The position numbers and the translations under genes were made by a program. DNA of 64,000 nucleotides from a virus, in the IMG/VR virus record IMGVR_UViG_3300028536_000001, positions 40,874 to 104,873 of that record, one strand, 5' to 3'. This document shows positions 8,910 to 19,302 of the stretch, one piece after another (position 1 is the first letter of the stretch; each line of letters begins with the position of its first letter). The notes under the pieces were generated by a model, which was not told the origin of the DNA, made no database searches, and was given only the letters and a program-made list of their open reading frames with translations.

Positions 8910-10799
8910 TTGTCTGTCCCTGTTGAAGAACTCGAAAGCATAAAGTGTAACCCGTCGGTCCTTCGACTGTATTCCAGCAAAACCAAACTGGAGAAACGCG
9001 GGAAGGATCTTTTCGGAATATGCCCGCTGCATAGTGAAAAGTCGGGATCGTTTACTGTATCCCAAGACTCTCGTGGGTTTTGGTTGTGGCACTGCTTCGG
9101 CGGGTGCGGTGGCGGAGATATATTGTCTTTTGTCCAGAAAACGGATAAATGCACTTTCAACGAAGCAGTCAAAACGGTGCAAGATTTTCTTGGTTCCGAT
9201 CCTAAAAAATCTCACGTGGATAAAATCTTCAAGCCACTAGAAGAGAAGCCAAAGGAGTATAAAACTTTCACCTTGGCTGAATACAAAAAGCTGGAAGACG
9301 CTCTTGCGAGCAGTTCAGAGGGAATGAAGTGGCTTCAGGAACAGAGGGGAATTACCTACGAGACTGCGAAGAGATTGCATGTTGGGTTTCGGCAGGATTT
9401 GGGAAAAATAGGCGAGAAGGACCCGAAAATCCAAGAAGTTCGCAACAAGGGATGGATCGCATTTCCTTATTTCGAGGATGATAAAGTTGTTCTAATCAAG
9501 TACCGCTCTGTGATACAAAAGATTACGGCGCGTCAACCGGGTATGAAAACTACTCTGTTTGGGTTGGAGAGTATTGACCCTTTTGAACCAATTGTGGTCG
9601 TGGAGGGGGAACCGGACCGGATTATTATGGAGCAGGCCGGATTTCGATCTGTAGCCCTTCCTATGTCCGGATTCACCCTGACCCCAGAACTGAGAGATGC
9701 GCTTGAATGCGCAGACGGTATTATCCTGGCGGGTGACTGCGATCAAGGTCCCGGTATCAAGGCGATGGAACGACTAAAACAGGATTTCGGTGATAAAGCA
9801 ATTCTGGTCAAGTGGCCCGATGGCTACAAGGATGCGAACGAAACTTTCATAAGGTGCAATAAAATGGACGTAAACGCCTTTAAGGACCATTTTAATGAAC
9901 TTATCGCCCGGTCGAAAAGCCAGCCGATGCCCGGAGTTTACGGATTGGCTGACAGTATGCTATCTCACGATGAAGGAACGTTAACTGACCACCCCAATAG
10001 GCTAAAATTTCCTTGGCCATCGGTAGATAAAATGGCGATTCTAGTTCCCGGCGCGGTAGTGTTTTCAACCGCCACATCCACTGGTTGCGGAAAAACTCAG
10101 CTATGGATGAACGCAACTCTGCACGGAGCTAGAAAACACGGAGAAATCGTTCTTTCGTACCAATGCGAGCTTAGTGTAGAGGAGTATAAGAACATCGTGG
10201 CCGCTCATGTTTTAGCACGTGATCGTAACACTTTGACGGGAGCCGACTACAAAAAAACATTTGCATTGATCAAGGATTTGCGGTATTATGTTGGTAGAGA
10301 TACTACTCTGACTGATGTAAACTCAGTATTAGACTTAATAGAAGCCGCCGTCAAGAGGTTGGGGGTGACTGTTGTGGTTCTGGATCATATTCACTTTTTG
10401 ACTCGTACGGCATCAGACGAAATTAAAGCTCAGTCTCAAGCCATGCAGCGAATAAAAAATATGGCTCAGACTTATGGTTTGAAGTTCATAGTAATTGGAC
10501 AGCCGAGAAAAGCCGATTCAAAAACAAAAGGAAAATCTCTACATATTTCGGATGCTAAGGGTTCCGAAGCCGTAACTGCGGATGCAGACGCTGTGTATTT
10601 TTTACACAGAGAGGTCGTAAAAAATATCGATCCCGCAAATCCACCGATGGATGAATACGGACCGGAAACTGAGATTCATCTTAAAAAGGCTCGGTCCAAA
10701 GGAAGAGGCGCTGCGTACGCTAAACTTTATTTCCAAGGTTCTATTTCTACTTTTTTAGAATTGAGTAACCATGATGAAGAGGACATGTTCGCACAGTGA
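8910..10799 (+). CDS. primase-helicase fusion (CHC2 Zn finger + TOPRIM + DnaB-like helicase)
   Basis: CPLHSEKSGSF...HCFGGC, VVEGEPD, AGDCDQ, KDANE, Walker A ATSTGCGKT, VVLDHIH, GSEAVTADAD. Confidence 0.93.
   Translation: MSVPVEELESIKCNPSVLRLYSSKTKLEKRGKDLFGICPLHSEKSGSFTVSQDSRGFWLWHCFGGCGGGDILSFVQKTDKCTFNEAVKTVQDFLGSDPKKSHVDKIFKPLEEKPKEYKTFTLAEYKKLEDALASSSEGMKWLQEQRGITYETAKRLHVGFRQDLGKIGEKDPKIQEVRNKGWIAFPYFEDDKVVLIKYRSVIQKITARQPGMKTTLFGLESIDPFEPIVVVEGEPDRIIMEQAGFRSVALPMSGFTLTPELRDALECADGIILAGDCDQGPGIKAMERLKQDFGDKAILVKWPDGYKDANETFIRCNKMDVNAFKDHFNELIARSKSQPMPGVYGLADSMLSHDEGTLTDHPNRLKFPWPSVDKMAILVPGAVVFSTATSTGCGKTQLWMNATLHGARKHGEIVLSYQCELSVEEYKNIVAAHVLARDRNTLTGADYKKTFALIKDLRYYVGRDTTLTDVNSVLDLIEAAVKRLGVTVVVLDHIHFLTRTASDEIKAQSQAMQRIKNMAQTYGLKFIVIGQPRKADSKTKGKSLHISDAKGSEAVTADADAVYFLHREVVKNIDPANPPMDEYGPETEIHLKKARSKGRGAAYAKLYFQGSISTFLELSNHDEEDMFAQ
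9131..9147 (+). repeat. 17-bp dispersed motif (1 mismatch)
   Basis: TGTCCAGAAAACGGATA inside the primase gene. Confidence 0.8.
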
Positions 10800-11395
10800 T
10801 GATTGAAAAACAATGTACAAAATGTAAGGAATCGAAATCTCTAGAATTGTTTCCTAAATCCAGTAAGAGTAGGGATAAGAAAGCTTGGGTATGTAAGGCG
10901 TGTGCAAAAGAATATCATCGTTTACGATACGTGAATAACAAAGAACTTATAAATGAAAGAAACAAAGCATGGGCTCGAAATAACCCCGAAAAGATGGCAG
11001 CGTGTCGTAATAGCTGGAACAGCCGAAATCTCGACAGAATTAAAAGAAATTGCAAAAGATGGCAAAGTGAAAGATCTAGACCGACAAAACAGGGAATAAC
11101 TAACGAACAGCATCAAGATCTTTTAAACTATACCGAACGTAAATGCTTTATTTGCGGATACCTAGATGAAGGCGATTCGAATAGATGGGCTTTGGATCAC
11201 GATTATAAATGTCACCCGAAGAAAGGTTACTCTTGCGTAAAATGTATTCGTGGTGTACTTTGTAAGAACTGCAATACAGGTCTAGGGCATTTCAAAGATC
11301 ATGTGGAGAACTTGGAAAAAGCTATTGAATACCTAAAAGAACCACCCGCAAAGAATATGTCTTGGAGCAAGTATGGGGAGTTTCAAAATGAATAA
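10796..11395 (+). CDS. endonuclease VII-like (HNH) free-standing endonuclease
   Basis: CFICG...LDHDY...IRGVLCKNCNTGLGHFKD; N-terminal CTKC...C.AC. Confidence 0.88.
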   Translation: MMIEKQCTKCKESKSLELFPKSSKSRDKKAWVCKACAKEYHRLRYVNNKELINERNKAWARNNPEKMAACRNSWNSRNLDRIKRNCKRWQSERSRPTKQGITNEQHQDLLNYTERKCFICGYLDEGDSNRWALDHDYKCHPKKGYSCVKCIRGVLCKNCNTGLGHFKDHVENLEKAIEYLKEPPAKNMSWSKYGEFQNE

Positions 11396-11661
11396 CGCAT
11401 TCGACGTCATCACAGTTGCGGCAGAGTTCATAAAAACGTTCCTAGAAATCAGTCATCAAGAAGAACCGGAGGACATGTTTCAATGATATTTGATATCATA
11501 CTACGTCTTTTACCCGATATAATACCGAGAGGTTGCGGCTTGTTTATGGCCGTGTACGCGACCTACTTAGTGTTTCACTATCCAACGAACGGGCATGAAC
11601 TGCTGCTAGCATTATTGCTGTTTGTGCTGACAGCATTTACTTGGCCCGTGGAAATTAGACC

Positions 11662-12711
11662 ATGAATATTGTTCTACCAACTCTTAAACCGCTCATCAAA
11701 CGCGTTGCTGCGGTCAAGTCTGAGGTAATTATCCTGGATACCGAGCATGGCATACTGGCCGCTAAGGAACAGAACCTAGCCGCCTGGGTTGAGGACGAGT
11801 CCCTGAAAGATTCAGAAAAAGTGGTATACTTTTTCCCAAGCCGAAAGTTCACAACCTCCGTTAACCGCATGTCTGGAATCCTATCTGTCCAGAAAACGGA
11901 CAAGGGTTATTCTCTTGTCTCAAACAAGACCAGAATCGATTTGGAAGAAGCAAAAACCGCTTGGCGGTACGAGCCTGCTGATGCCTTGCAAATCTGCCTC
12001 AACACGGCAATTTTACAAGAGCTGATCAAGTTCGTCCAAATTGCTCCAGATTCCAAGCAAACGGGGTTGACATATTCTGGGATGGTCTCTTTGGTCGGCA
12101 CGGAAGATCCGCTCGGGGGGTCAATCGAAGCAATCGCAACGGATGGTAAACGTATCGCAAGTTTATCGATTCCTGCGGATGTGCAACAATCCTTTTCGGT
12201 GCTGTTACCTTCGTCACTAATTCCAATAATTCCCACACTTTCTGATGAAAAAACCTTGCTTTTTGACGACTCTCGTGTTAGTATTATTAAGAGTGGTAAA
12301 TTTACTGCGCGTGCGAACAAATTTACGGATAAATTTCCAGATGCAAAACGTTTGTTTCCAACAGGTTGTGATTTTATTGCAAGAGTGGATGCAGGAGAAT
12401 TCCGCGAAGCGCTTGGCCGCTTAGAAGCTGTAATGAACGAGGAAACCAGGGCAGTCAAGTTGACGTGGGCGCAGAATCTTGAACTTCGTACCGGAAACCA
12501 GAGTACGCACGGAAAAGATGAAATTGCGTACCAGACCCTGCGGGGAAGAGGAAACGAGTTAGCGTTTACTGCCATCTTTGACTGGAAATTCCTGAACGAT
12601 TTCTTTGAACGAGTAGAAGGACAAGTAACCTGTAGTTACTCGGTAGGTAAAAATTTCATAGTACTTCAGAGTAAAGAGAAGAAATATTTGTTAGCGAGGA
12701 TGGAAAAGTAG
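11662..12711 (+). CDS. DNA sliding clamp (DNA polymerase III beta subunit-like)
   Basis: 349 aa, three-domain clamp length; IATDGKRIA, DKFPDAKRLFP, FDWKFLNDF. Confidence 0.8.
   Translation: MNIVLPTLKPLIKRVAAVKSEVIILDTEHGILAAKEQNLAAWVEDESLKDSEKVVYFFPSRKFTTSVNRMSGILSVQKTDKGYSLVSNKTRIDLEEAKTAWRYEPADALQICLNTAILQELIKFVQIAPDSKQTGLTYSGMVSLVGTEDPLGGSIEAIATDGKRIASLSIPADVQQSFSVLLPSSLIPIIPTLSDEKTLLFDDSRVSIIKSGKFTARANKFTDKFPDAKRLFPTGCDFIARVDAGEFREALGRLEAVMNEETRAVKLTWAQNLELRTGNQSTHGKDEIAYQTLRGRGNELAFTAIFDWKFLNDFFERVEGQVTCSYSVGKNFIVLQSKEKKYLLARMEK
11886..11902 (+). repeat. 17-bp dispersed motif (exact)
   Basis: TGTCCAGAAAACGGACA inside the clamp gene. Confidence 0.85.
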
Positions 12712-13211
12712 TGGCGAATTTGTTCTTCATAAGTGACACCCACTTCGGGCACGCTAACATCCTAAACTTTCTGAAGCTGGACGGCACCAAACTACGAGAT
12801 TTCTCTTCCGTAGAAGAGATGGACGAACATATAATTGATCGATGGAACTCAGTGGTTCGCCCGCAAGATCACTGTTATCACCTTGGTGACGTAGCCATGA
12901 AACGAAGAGATATAGGTACTGTTTCCCGCTGTAATGGACATAAAAGATTGGTCAGAGGAAATCACGATGTGTACAAGACCAAAGACTATCTTTCCTGTTT
13001 TGATGAGATTTACGGAATTCGCGTGCTCGATAATATAATTTTTACACACATTCCGATTCATCCAGAAAATATGGGACGGTTTAAAGCAAACGCCCACGGA
13101 CACATACACGCAAATCCTTCTCCAGAAGGGAACTACATAAATCTCAGCGTCGAAGCTATAGATTATACACCAATTGCGTTAGAAGATTTGAAAAAGAGGA
13201 TGGAAAAATAA
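12711..13211 (+). CDS. metallophosphoesterase
   Basis: ISDTHFGH, HLGDV, RGNHD, THIP, HGHIH. Confidence 0.92.
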   Translation: MANLFFISDTHFGHANILNFLKLDGTKLRDFSSVEEMDEHIIDRWNSVVRPQDHCYHLGDVAMKRRDIGTVSRCNGHKRLVRGNHDVYKTKDYLSCFDEIYGIRVLDNIIFTHIPIHPENMGRFKANAHGHIHANPSPEGNYINLSVEAIDYTPIALEDLKKRMEK

Positions 13212-13571
13212 TGGAATTAAATGATCTTAAGGCGATAATGGCGGCAACTCTCTTATCTGGATCAGTTAAATTGGAAGCAAATCGTACTTTGCGTGGACCT
13301 ACCGAGATAGAAATACAAACGGCTGTTCGTCACGCTGAAAGTATATGGGAAGAAGTTTTAAGACAGGAAAGCAAATGATTTATTTCTTGGCTGCGTGGTG
13401 GTTGAGTGGGATAGTAAGTGTGATAATGATGCAAAGGCAGCCACCATACAGGGATATTACTGTGTTTGATTTGTTTTGGGCTGTGTCTATAGGACTTTTA
13501 ATAGGTATATTCGGATTTATAATACTCCTGCCAGATACATTCTGGACAACTACCGTGATAAGGAAGAAAAA

Positions 13572-14213
13572 GTGACTGAACTAACAGTAGAAGAACTACT
13601 CGAAGCGCAGAGTCTCAAAGATGAGATTGACCAGATTGCGGAGGGTATCGCAACCGGCGAACGGGATCTCAACACCAGTTGGGTTAAGCTGGGGTCTCGT
13701 GTCCACAAGGTGCGATCAAAGAAGTACTGGAAGACCTACGGAGCGCACAGTTTTGGCGCGTATGTACTTAGCTTGGAGCCAAAGATTCAGAAAAAGCGGT
13801 CGCAAGTATACGTCTGTGTGGGTGTGATCGAAACTCTCGGTTCGCAACTGAGTGACGAGCAACTTGAAGAGATGGGTATTACACGGGCTTCGGTGCTCAA
13901 AAAGTACGTTCAAAGTTCAGGAAAGATAGTTCCCCAAATTCTGATCGATGCTGCTCTCGACCGAACTAAAGATATTGATCAGTTTCGAGCGGATGTCTCC
14001 AGTGAGCTACACGAAGTTCCGCAGGAAAAGGGTTCATGGTGGGAGTTAGGTGGGTTCTTCGTGACCCCCGAAGAGAAAATTCTAATTGAAGATACTATTG
14101 AAATGACCAGACAGGTAGACCCGGTTATTCCGCACGATATTCCAGAACATGAGCAGAACAAATTGACATTTTTGCGTTTGTGCATGGAATTTAGATCTAC
14201 ATACGGAGGGTAA
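13572..14213 (+). CDS. hypothetical, possibly DNA-binding protein
   Basis: GTG at 13572 overlapping the upstream stop; helical N-terminus (WVKLGSRVHKVR...YW..YG..SF..YV). Confidence 0.55.
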   Translation: MTELTVEELLEAQSLKDEIDQIAEGIATGERDLNTSWVKLGSRVHKVRSKKYWKTYGAHSFGAYVLSLEPKIQKKRSQVYVCVGVIETLGSQLSDEQLEEMGITRASVLKKYVQSSGKIVPQILIDAALDRTKDIDQFRADVSSELHEVPQEKGSWWELGGFFVTPEEKILIEDTIEMTRQVDPVIPHDIPEHEQNKLTFLRLCMEFRSTYGG

Positions 14214-14214
14214 T

Positions 14215-14655
14215 ATGAAATATTTTCTCGCTGTGTTTCTCCTGACCTCAACTCTTGGCTGCGGAAACCAACCCGATGTTGTCAAAGTACAAGTTGAAAC
14301 TAAAATCCAAGGGTTTGATTTTCCGCATATTTTGTTCATTCGCGGTCATCGCTGGGTGGTTATCCTCGATGAAACAAATTACATGGATAACCATCACATA
14401 TTTGGTGAGACGAACTGCAAGGACGAGGAGATTCTCGTAAAAAGCGGACTAACTGTTGCAAACCAAAGAGATACACTATTCCATGAGATCCTGCACGCAG
14501 GAACCTGCACCGAAAGCAAAGATGGCGATGTGAATAATCTCTACTGGAACTCCTCTACCCCAGAAAAACATGAAGGAATTTATAGGCTGTCACAGTATCT
14601 GACGGAACTGTTTTATGAAAACCCTGAGTTAGTTAAATATTTGGCGGGACAATAA
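14215..14655 (+). CDS. putative lipoprotein with HExxH zinc-metallopeptidase motif
   Basis: MKYFLAVFLLTSTLG-C lipobox-like N-terminus; TLFHEILHA. Confidence 0.6.
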   Translation: MKYFLAVFLLTSTLGCGNQPDVVKVQVETKIQGFDFPHILFIRGHRWVVILDETNYMDNHHIFGETNCKDEEILVKSGLTVANQRDTLFHEILHAGTCTESKDGDVNNLYWNSSTPEKHEGIYRLSQYLTELFYENPELVKYLAGQ

Positions 14656-14841
14656 ATATGCCGTGTTCAGATAATCAAGATTGGGGCGAGCCAGTTCAGA
14701 TGAAGGCAGCACTAGACTACGCCACGAGGGTTGCGTGTGAACTGGGAGCGATAGTGGTGCTATGCAATCTTTGGGAAGATCTATCCGAAGATGCTAAAAA
14801 CTGGTTGAAACATCACGAACAAATGGATAAGCAGAGGCGTA

Positions 14842-15183
14842 GTGGCTAAACAGCTCGTCTTTGTGGAAATCCGCGAGTCCAAGATATACCGCATCCTCCG
14901 GACAAACGCGGATGCTTGGCGGTTACCTTCTGAGACAGTGCAACAGTGGCCTAGAGCAGAGGCAGTCAAGACTATACGGCAGCAGGTTTTTGAGCGGTCT
15001 AAGGGTGAATGCGAGGACTGCGGTAAACGGATTACCTGGGACAACGGGGAGTTGAACGAGATTGTTCCAAAAAGCTCTGGAGGAGAAGTTAGTATGGAAA
15101 ATTGTAACTTTATTTGTCATGCGTGCCATCAAGGGCGGGCTGATTCTTATCATGGAGATCGTAGATGGGGAGGAAGACAATGA
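14842..15183 (+). CDS. small HNH-like endonuclease
   Basis: CEDCG...EIVPKSSGG...ENCNFICHACH; first His of the motif is not canonical. Confidence 0.7.
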   Translation: MAKQLVFVEIRESKIYRILRTNADAWRLPSETVQQWPRAEAVKTIRQQVFERSKGECEDCGKRITWDNGELNEIVPKSSGGEVSMENCNFICHACHQGRADSYHGDRRWGGRQ

Positions 15184-15363
15184 ACTCAGAAGAAAATATG
15201 TTTAAACTACGGTTATTTTTGAGTCTTTTCGGCAGATTATTTTTTCATTTATGTGCAGCTTTTTGTTTTGGAACGTGGATGCACAGCGCGTGGGCAGGAT
15301 TGTTCATGTTCAGTATCTTAGAATTTTTATCTCAAATATTTTCAAATAGACAGGAATAACACA

Positions 15364-15672
15364 ATGAAATCAGAAGATCGCAACATACGGGAACTAATCA
15401 ACGACTGTCCAGCACTACAGACTCTTTTAGAAGTGGTAGATTCGGTATGTTCTATAAAAATTACTAAAAGATCCTACGACGGTACAGGAAACGATACTTT
15501 GCTGAAAAATAAAACTTTTTGGATTGTAGAGACTTACGATGATGTATCGGACCTTCGTCTGACCTGCGCTCATCGTGAAACTTTAGAAGAAGCGGTTGCT
15601 GTCACGCTTTCTGAAAAACGCGTACGGGCACCTAGAACAATTACCACGGTGTGGACTTCAAAAACATACTGA
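15364..15672 (+). CDS. hypothetical protein
   Basis: ORF track; in operon. Confidence 0.55.
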   Translation: MKSEDRNIRELINDCPALQTLLEVVDSVCSIKITKRSYDGTGNDTLLKNKTFWIVETYDDVSDLRLTCAHRETLEEAVAVTLSEKRVRAPRTITTVWTSKTY

Positions 15673-15694
15673 GTATTCAGTAAACTAGGGCCAA

Positions 15695-16153
15695 ATGAAT
15701 CTTTTAAAATGGGAACCACAGATAAAAAAAGCAGTTAACATTTACGGTCGCAAAATATTTGGCTCGGACAAGCAGGATCTCACCCAAAACTGTTATGTGG
15801 CGATCCTTCGGGCGTCAGATAGAATTACTCAGGTGGAGCAGAACAGGGGAGAGGATGCAGCCAAGGGGTATGTATTTGTGATGTGCCGGAACGAGTTGTT
15901 GAGTTCTCAGCGTCCTCTGCGAAATGTTCATTTGGTACCATTTTTTGATACGGGCACCGCAGCGAAACAGCCGAATGAAAAATTACGCGATGCGGTAGAA
16001 TGTTTGAAACCCGAAGAACAAGAACTGCTATACGATGTTTATTATCAAGGATATAGCGTAAGTCAGCTAGCAAAAGCCGCAAACGTACCGATTGGCCGCT
16101 TACAGTATCATAAACAAAGAATTTTAAAGGAATTGAAGAAACTATGCCAGTAA
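15695..16153 (+). CDS. sigma-70/ECF-like transcription factor
   Basis: Region-2-like DLTQNCYVAIL and region-4 HTH LKPEEQELL...GYSVSQLAKAANVPIGRL. Confidence 0.75.
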   Translation: MNLLKWEPQIKKAVNIYGRKIFGSDKQDLTQNCYVAILRASDRITQVEQNRGEDAAKGYVFVMCRNELLSSQRPLRNVHLVPFFDTGTAAKQPNEKLRDAVECLKPEEQELLYDVYYQGYSVSQLAKAANVPIGRLQYHKQRILKELKKLCQ

Positions 16154-16506
16154 CACTTGACGAAAAAATTACAGTAGAATACAATGGTGAAAGATTCACA
16201 GGATCTTTGGTTGAAGTTGCACAGACCATTACAATTGTTTGTGAAAATACAAACTGTCAGAGGGGTGGATTTGACTCCGAGTCTCAGAGACGGACGATAA
16301 AGTCAGTTACTTTAGACCCCCAAAACCCTGACAGCGTACCGGATGATGCTTGGGAAGTGCTCTACATCGTGAGCTACGATAACACGAAGCGGTCCTTCTG
16401 CTCGAAGGGCTGTCTCCAGAGTTTTCTCCAAGCCTACAGGCCGTTAAAGTCTCCGCGACCGAGTAATGTTGTCCAGTTTCCGGACGGCGAAGGGATAGTA
16501 GAATAA
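16144..16506 (+). CDS. hypothetical Zn-binding protein
   Basis: CENTNC...FCSKGCL. Confidence 0.6.
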   Translation: MPVTLDEKITVEYNGERFTGSLVEVAQTITIVCENTNCQRGGFDSESQRRTIKSVTLDPQNPDSVPDDAWEVLYIVSYDNTKRSFCSKGCLQSFLQAYRPLKSPRPSNVVQFPDGEGIVE

Positions 16507-16718
16507 TGCAAAAACTTACCCGAGAACAGGCAGCAATAATCGCAGCTTATACGGGATACATGGCTGGTCCCTTCGATGATTTCCATAAGTACATTGAAGA
16601 AAAACTGGGACGGCCTGTTTGGACCCACGAAATAGCCAATCCCGAGGTCAATAAATCCATAAAAGATGCTGCAATGCCAGATTTTATGTCACTGTGCGCA
16701 GATGGAGTAGTAGAATAA
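16506..16718 (+). CDS. hypothetical protein
   Basis: TAATG-coupled ORF. Confidence 0.6.
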   Translation: MQKLTREQAAIIAAYTGYMAGPFDDFHKYIEEKLGRPVWTHEIANPEVNKSIKDAAMPDFMSLCADGVVE

Positions 16719-17275
16719 TGAATTTCGAAACATTCCAAAAATCCGTAAACGCTCTCAAAGCTTGGCGCTTGGCCGCAGATCAACCTTCCCATCATTTTCC
16801 AGATTCCCGAGACCCTGAGTTCCATAAACATCTGGTAGAGCAGGCAGTCACGAGCCAGGATTATGAAATCTCCATTGTTTGTCTGTGTTGCTGGAGAGAA
16901 AATCGAGAGGATTTATACGCCGGTGAGATGGCTATTGCTCATGTAATTAACAACCGGGCGAAACGGGGATGGAACCACGGAAATCAATATATGAACGTGA
17001 CCGCGAAGAACCAATTTTCTTCAATGGTAATTCCCGGAGATCTCCAACTGGATAAGTATCCGCTTGAAAATGATGTTGAGTTCGGAAAGTTGCTTGAGAA
17101 TATCGACGATCTTTATAGAGGCGAATTGATAGACCGTACAGACGGAGCGGTGTACTATGCCAATCTGAAGTATATCCAACCCGGAGGTTGGTTTGCCCGA
17201 AACATAATTTCTAATTCTGCTAAGTTTCCGAGACTAGCTGTGATTGGACGCACAACGTACTTTGGAGAGAAATAA
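16718..17275 (+). CDS. cell wall hydrolase (SleB/Hydrolase_2-like), probable endolysin
   Basis: WRENR...AIAHVINNR...KNQFS...DRTDGAVYY...IGRTTYF. Confidence 0.8.
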   Translation: MNFETFQKSVNALKAWRLAADQPSHHFPDSRDPEFHKHLVEQAVTSQDYEISIVCLCCWRENREDLYAGEMAIAHVINNRAKRGWNHGNQYMNVTAKNQFSSMVIPGDLQLDKYPLENDVEFGKLLENIDDLYRGELIDRTDGAVYYANLKYIQPGGWFARNIISNSAKFPRLAVIGRTTYFGEK

Positions 17276-17276
17276 T

Positions 17277-17555
17277 ATGGGAACCGGACGATCCTACGTC
17301 GAATCTAATGCTAGTCAACATCAAAGTACTGATCAATTGAATATAACATCTCACGGTTGCAGTACAAAAATTTTTGCAAACGGAAAAACTGTATTTCATA
17401 GATTTAATTTTTCAAGTTCGGATATTCCAATAATCCGAAGCTACGAAGACGGAATAAAAGTTGGATGTACGTTCATTACCAACGAAGCCGTTGAACTTAT
17501 CTACAATCTTCACAAATCGTTTTTAGACGGTACCAATTCCAAAACACATCAATAG
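17277..17555 (+). CDS. hypothetical protein
   Basis: ATG at 17277 right after the lysin stop. Confidence 0.55.
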   Translation: MGTGRSYVESNASQHQSTDQLNITSHGCSTKIFANGKTVFHRFNFSSSDIPIIRSYEDGIKVGCTFITNEAVELIYNLHKSFLDGTNSKTHQ

Positions 17556-17575
17556 TCCCTTTTCTGGATAGCCAA

Positions 17576-18010
17576 ATGCCAAAGAAATTTGATAAGAACC
17601 GCAGAAACAGAGACCTACTCAAAAAATACGGTATAACCGAGCAGGAATATGAGCAGATGCTGGAACGACAAGGCGGTGTCTGCAAGATTTGTGGTAGGCC
17701 TCCTACCGGCAGAGCCTTACACGTAGAGCACGACCACAGACTTGTACACGCCAAGATTCGGACCCGAAAAACAGAAAAAGGATGGTGGGCTCAGACCGTA
17801 GACCCACGCTATCCTAAACTGAATGTTGAGTTTGTTCTGCGAACCAAATCGGAAGCTATTAAAGCCGTCAAGCACGTGCTGCTTCGTTTCTCGATACGTT
17901 CGCTTAGTTGCTGGGCCTGTAACAGTATGTTAAAATGGGGTCACGATGATCCAAAAATTCTAATAAAGGCGGCTGAACTACTCCATGAGCACAACTCCAA
18001 ATTCAACTGA
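17576..18010 (+). CDS. endonuclease VII-like protein
   Basis: KKYGITEQEYEQMLERQGGVCKICG...LHVEHDH...IRSLSCWACN. Confidence 0.88.
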   Translation: MPKKFDKNRRNRDLLKKYGITEQEYEQMLERQGGVCKICGRPPTGRALHVEHDHRLVHAKIRTRKTEKGWWAQTVDPRYPKLNVEFVLRTKSEAIKAVKHVLLRFSIRSLSCWACNSMLKWGHDDPKILIKAAELLHEHNSKFN

Positions 18011-18224
18011 AACAGAAACCAGCGAAGTTATCACTCAACAAAATTACGACGAGTTGTGGAACGAAGCTGAGAAAATTCGTATACAACGAGACGACGCAGA
18101 ACGGGTGTTGTACGCATTATACATGACTCGTGCTCTTATGTCAGAAGGAAGGGATTGTCTCGCGGTGGATGAGTACGTTGCTCCTGCAAAAGTTCTACTG
18201 CGGAAAAGAGGAAGAATCGAATGA
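17985..18224 (+). CDS. hypothetical protein
   Basis: ORF track. Confidence 0.5.
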   Translation: MSTTPNSTETETSEVITQQNYDELWNEAEKIRIQRDDAERVLYALYMTRALMSEGRDCLAVDEYVAPAKVLLRKRGRIE

Positions 18225-18961
18225 GCACAACTCCAAGTACTCCTAACATAATTATCGAATCTCCAGCGCAAGCTGTTAGCTGGTTAAAACAACATGAACG
18301 TATAATTTTAGTCGTTCTGGGTTTGGCTGTTGCGCTTTGGCTAGGCAATAAGTGGCTGAACTACTCGTCCAAAAACGACGATGCGAAGTTAACTGCTGCG
18401 CAACAAGTTTTGACCACGCAACAACAGCAAAACCAGCAATTGGCTCAGAAGATTGATACAGAAACCCAACAGTACGTATCTCTGTCCACCCAGTTGGCCG
18501 CTCAAAACCAACAATTACTCGCAGTCATTGCCCAGCGTAACCAAGCTACCACAGTTCAGCAGCAAAAAGATCAGGTTCTGCCTTTAAGTGATCTAGGCGC
18601 TCGCTGGCACCTGCTCGTCCCTCAAGGAACCGTATCCAACACCCCATCCGGACTGTTGGCCGACGAATCCGCCTCCCGAGCCACTGTCTCTCAACTAGAA
18701 GAAGTCCCCACCTTACAGCAGAATTTCGCGGACGATGAAAAAATCATCCAGTCAAAGAATCAACAACTGGACTCTTCAACTAGTCTCAACTCAGACTACA
18801 AGAAGCAGGTGGACGGTTTGAACCTTCAATTGACAGATGCAGATAGAGTGTGCAACGATAAAATCAAGAGCGTGACCGCAAAAGGTCGTAAGTCAAAACT
18901 GAAGTGGTTTCTTACTGGACTTGGTATCGGGGCCGGGTTGGTAGCGAAAGCAGTACTATGA
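18221..18961 (+). CDS. membrane-anchored coiled-coil protein (spanin-like candidate)
   Basis: N-terminal TM IILVVLGLAVALWLG, Q-rich coiled coil, hydrophobic C-terminus; near the lysin. Confidence 0.5.
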   Translation: MSTTPSTPNIIIESPAQAVSWLKQHERIILVVLGLAVALWLGNKWLNYSSKNDDAKLTAAQQVLTTQQQQNQQLAQKIDTETQQYVSLSTQLAAQNQQLLAVIAQRNQATTVQQQKDQVLPLSDLGARWHLLVPQGTVSNTPSGLLADESASRATVSQLEEVPTLQQNFADDEKIIQSKNQQLDSSTSLNSDYKKQVDGLNLQLTDADRVCNDKIKSVTAKGRKSKLKWFLTGLGIGAGLVAKAVL

Positions 18962-19302
18962 ATATACGGGACAGGAAAGGTGGTCGGTAGTGGCTACATA
19001 TCATAAGATTTTGGTTGAATTGCGGGACGAAGATGACGGCTGTTTCGAGGAAATATCGAAAATGGTAGAGGTCGCTCTACTACACAACTTGACAGACAGC
19101 AGTATAGAGTTTACTCTGACTGAGTACGAGGAGGAAGTATGAAAAAGTTCATACACGGGGTTTTAATCGGATACAGCGCAGCCACACTGGTTATATATGG
19201 GTTCGGAACGCATCATTTTGGAGACATCATTGCTGGCGTGTTTCTGGTCGGAAGCTGGTTATACCTCGACTTTACGACAACCTTCACAGACAAGGATTCA
19301 AA

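Noticed and set aside
11907-12575. Long antisense ORFs (e.g. 11907-12575, 46652-47242, 45558-46079, 58790-59254)
   Set aside because: Shadow frames opposite well-supported genes, with no recognisable motifs.
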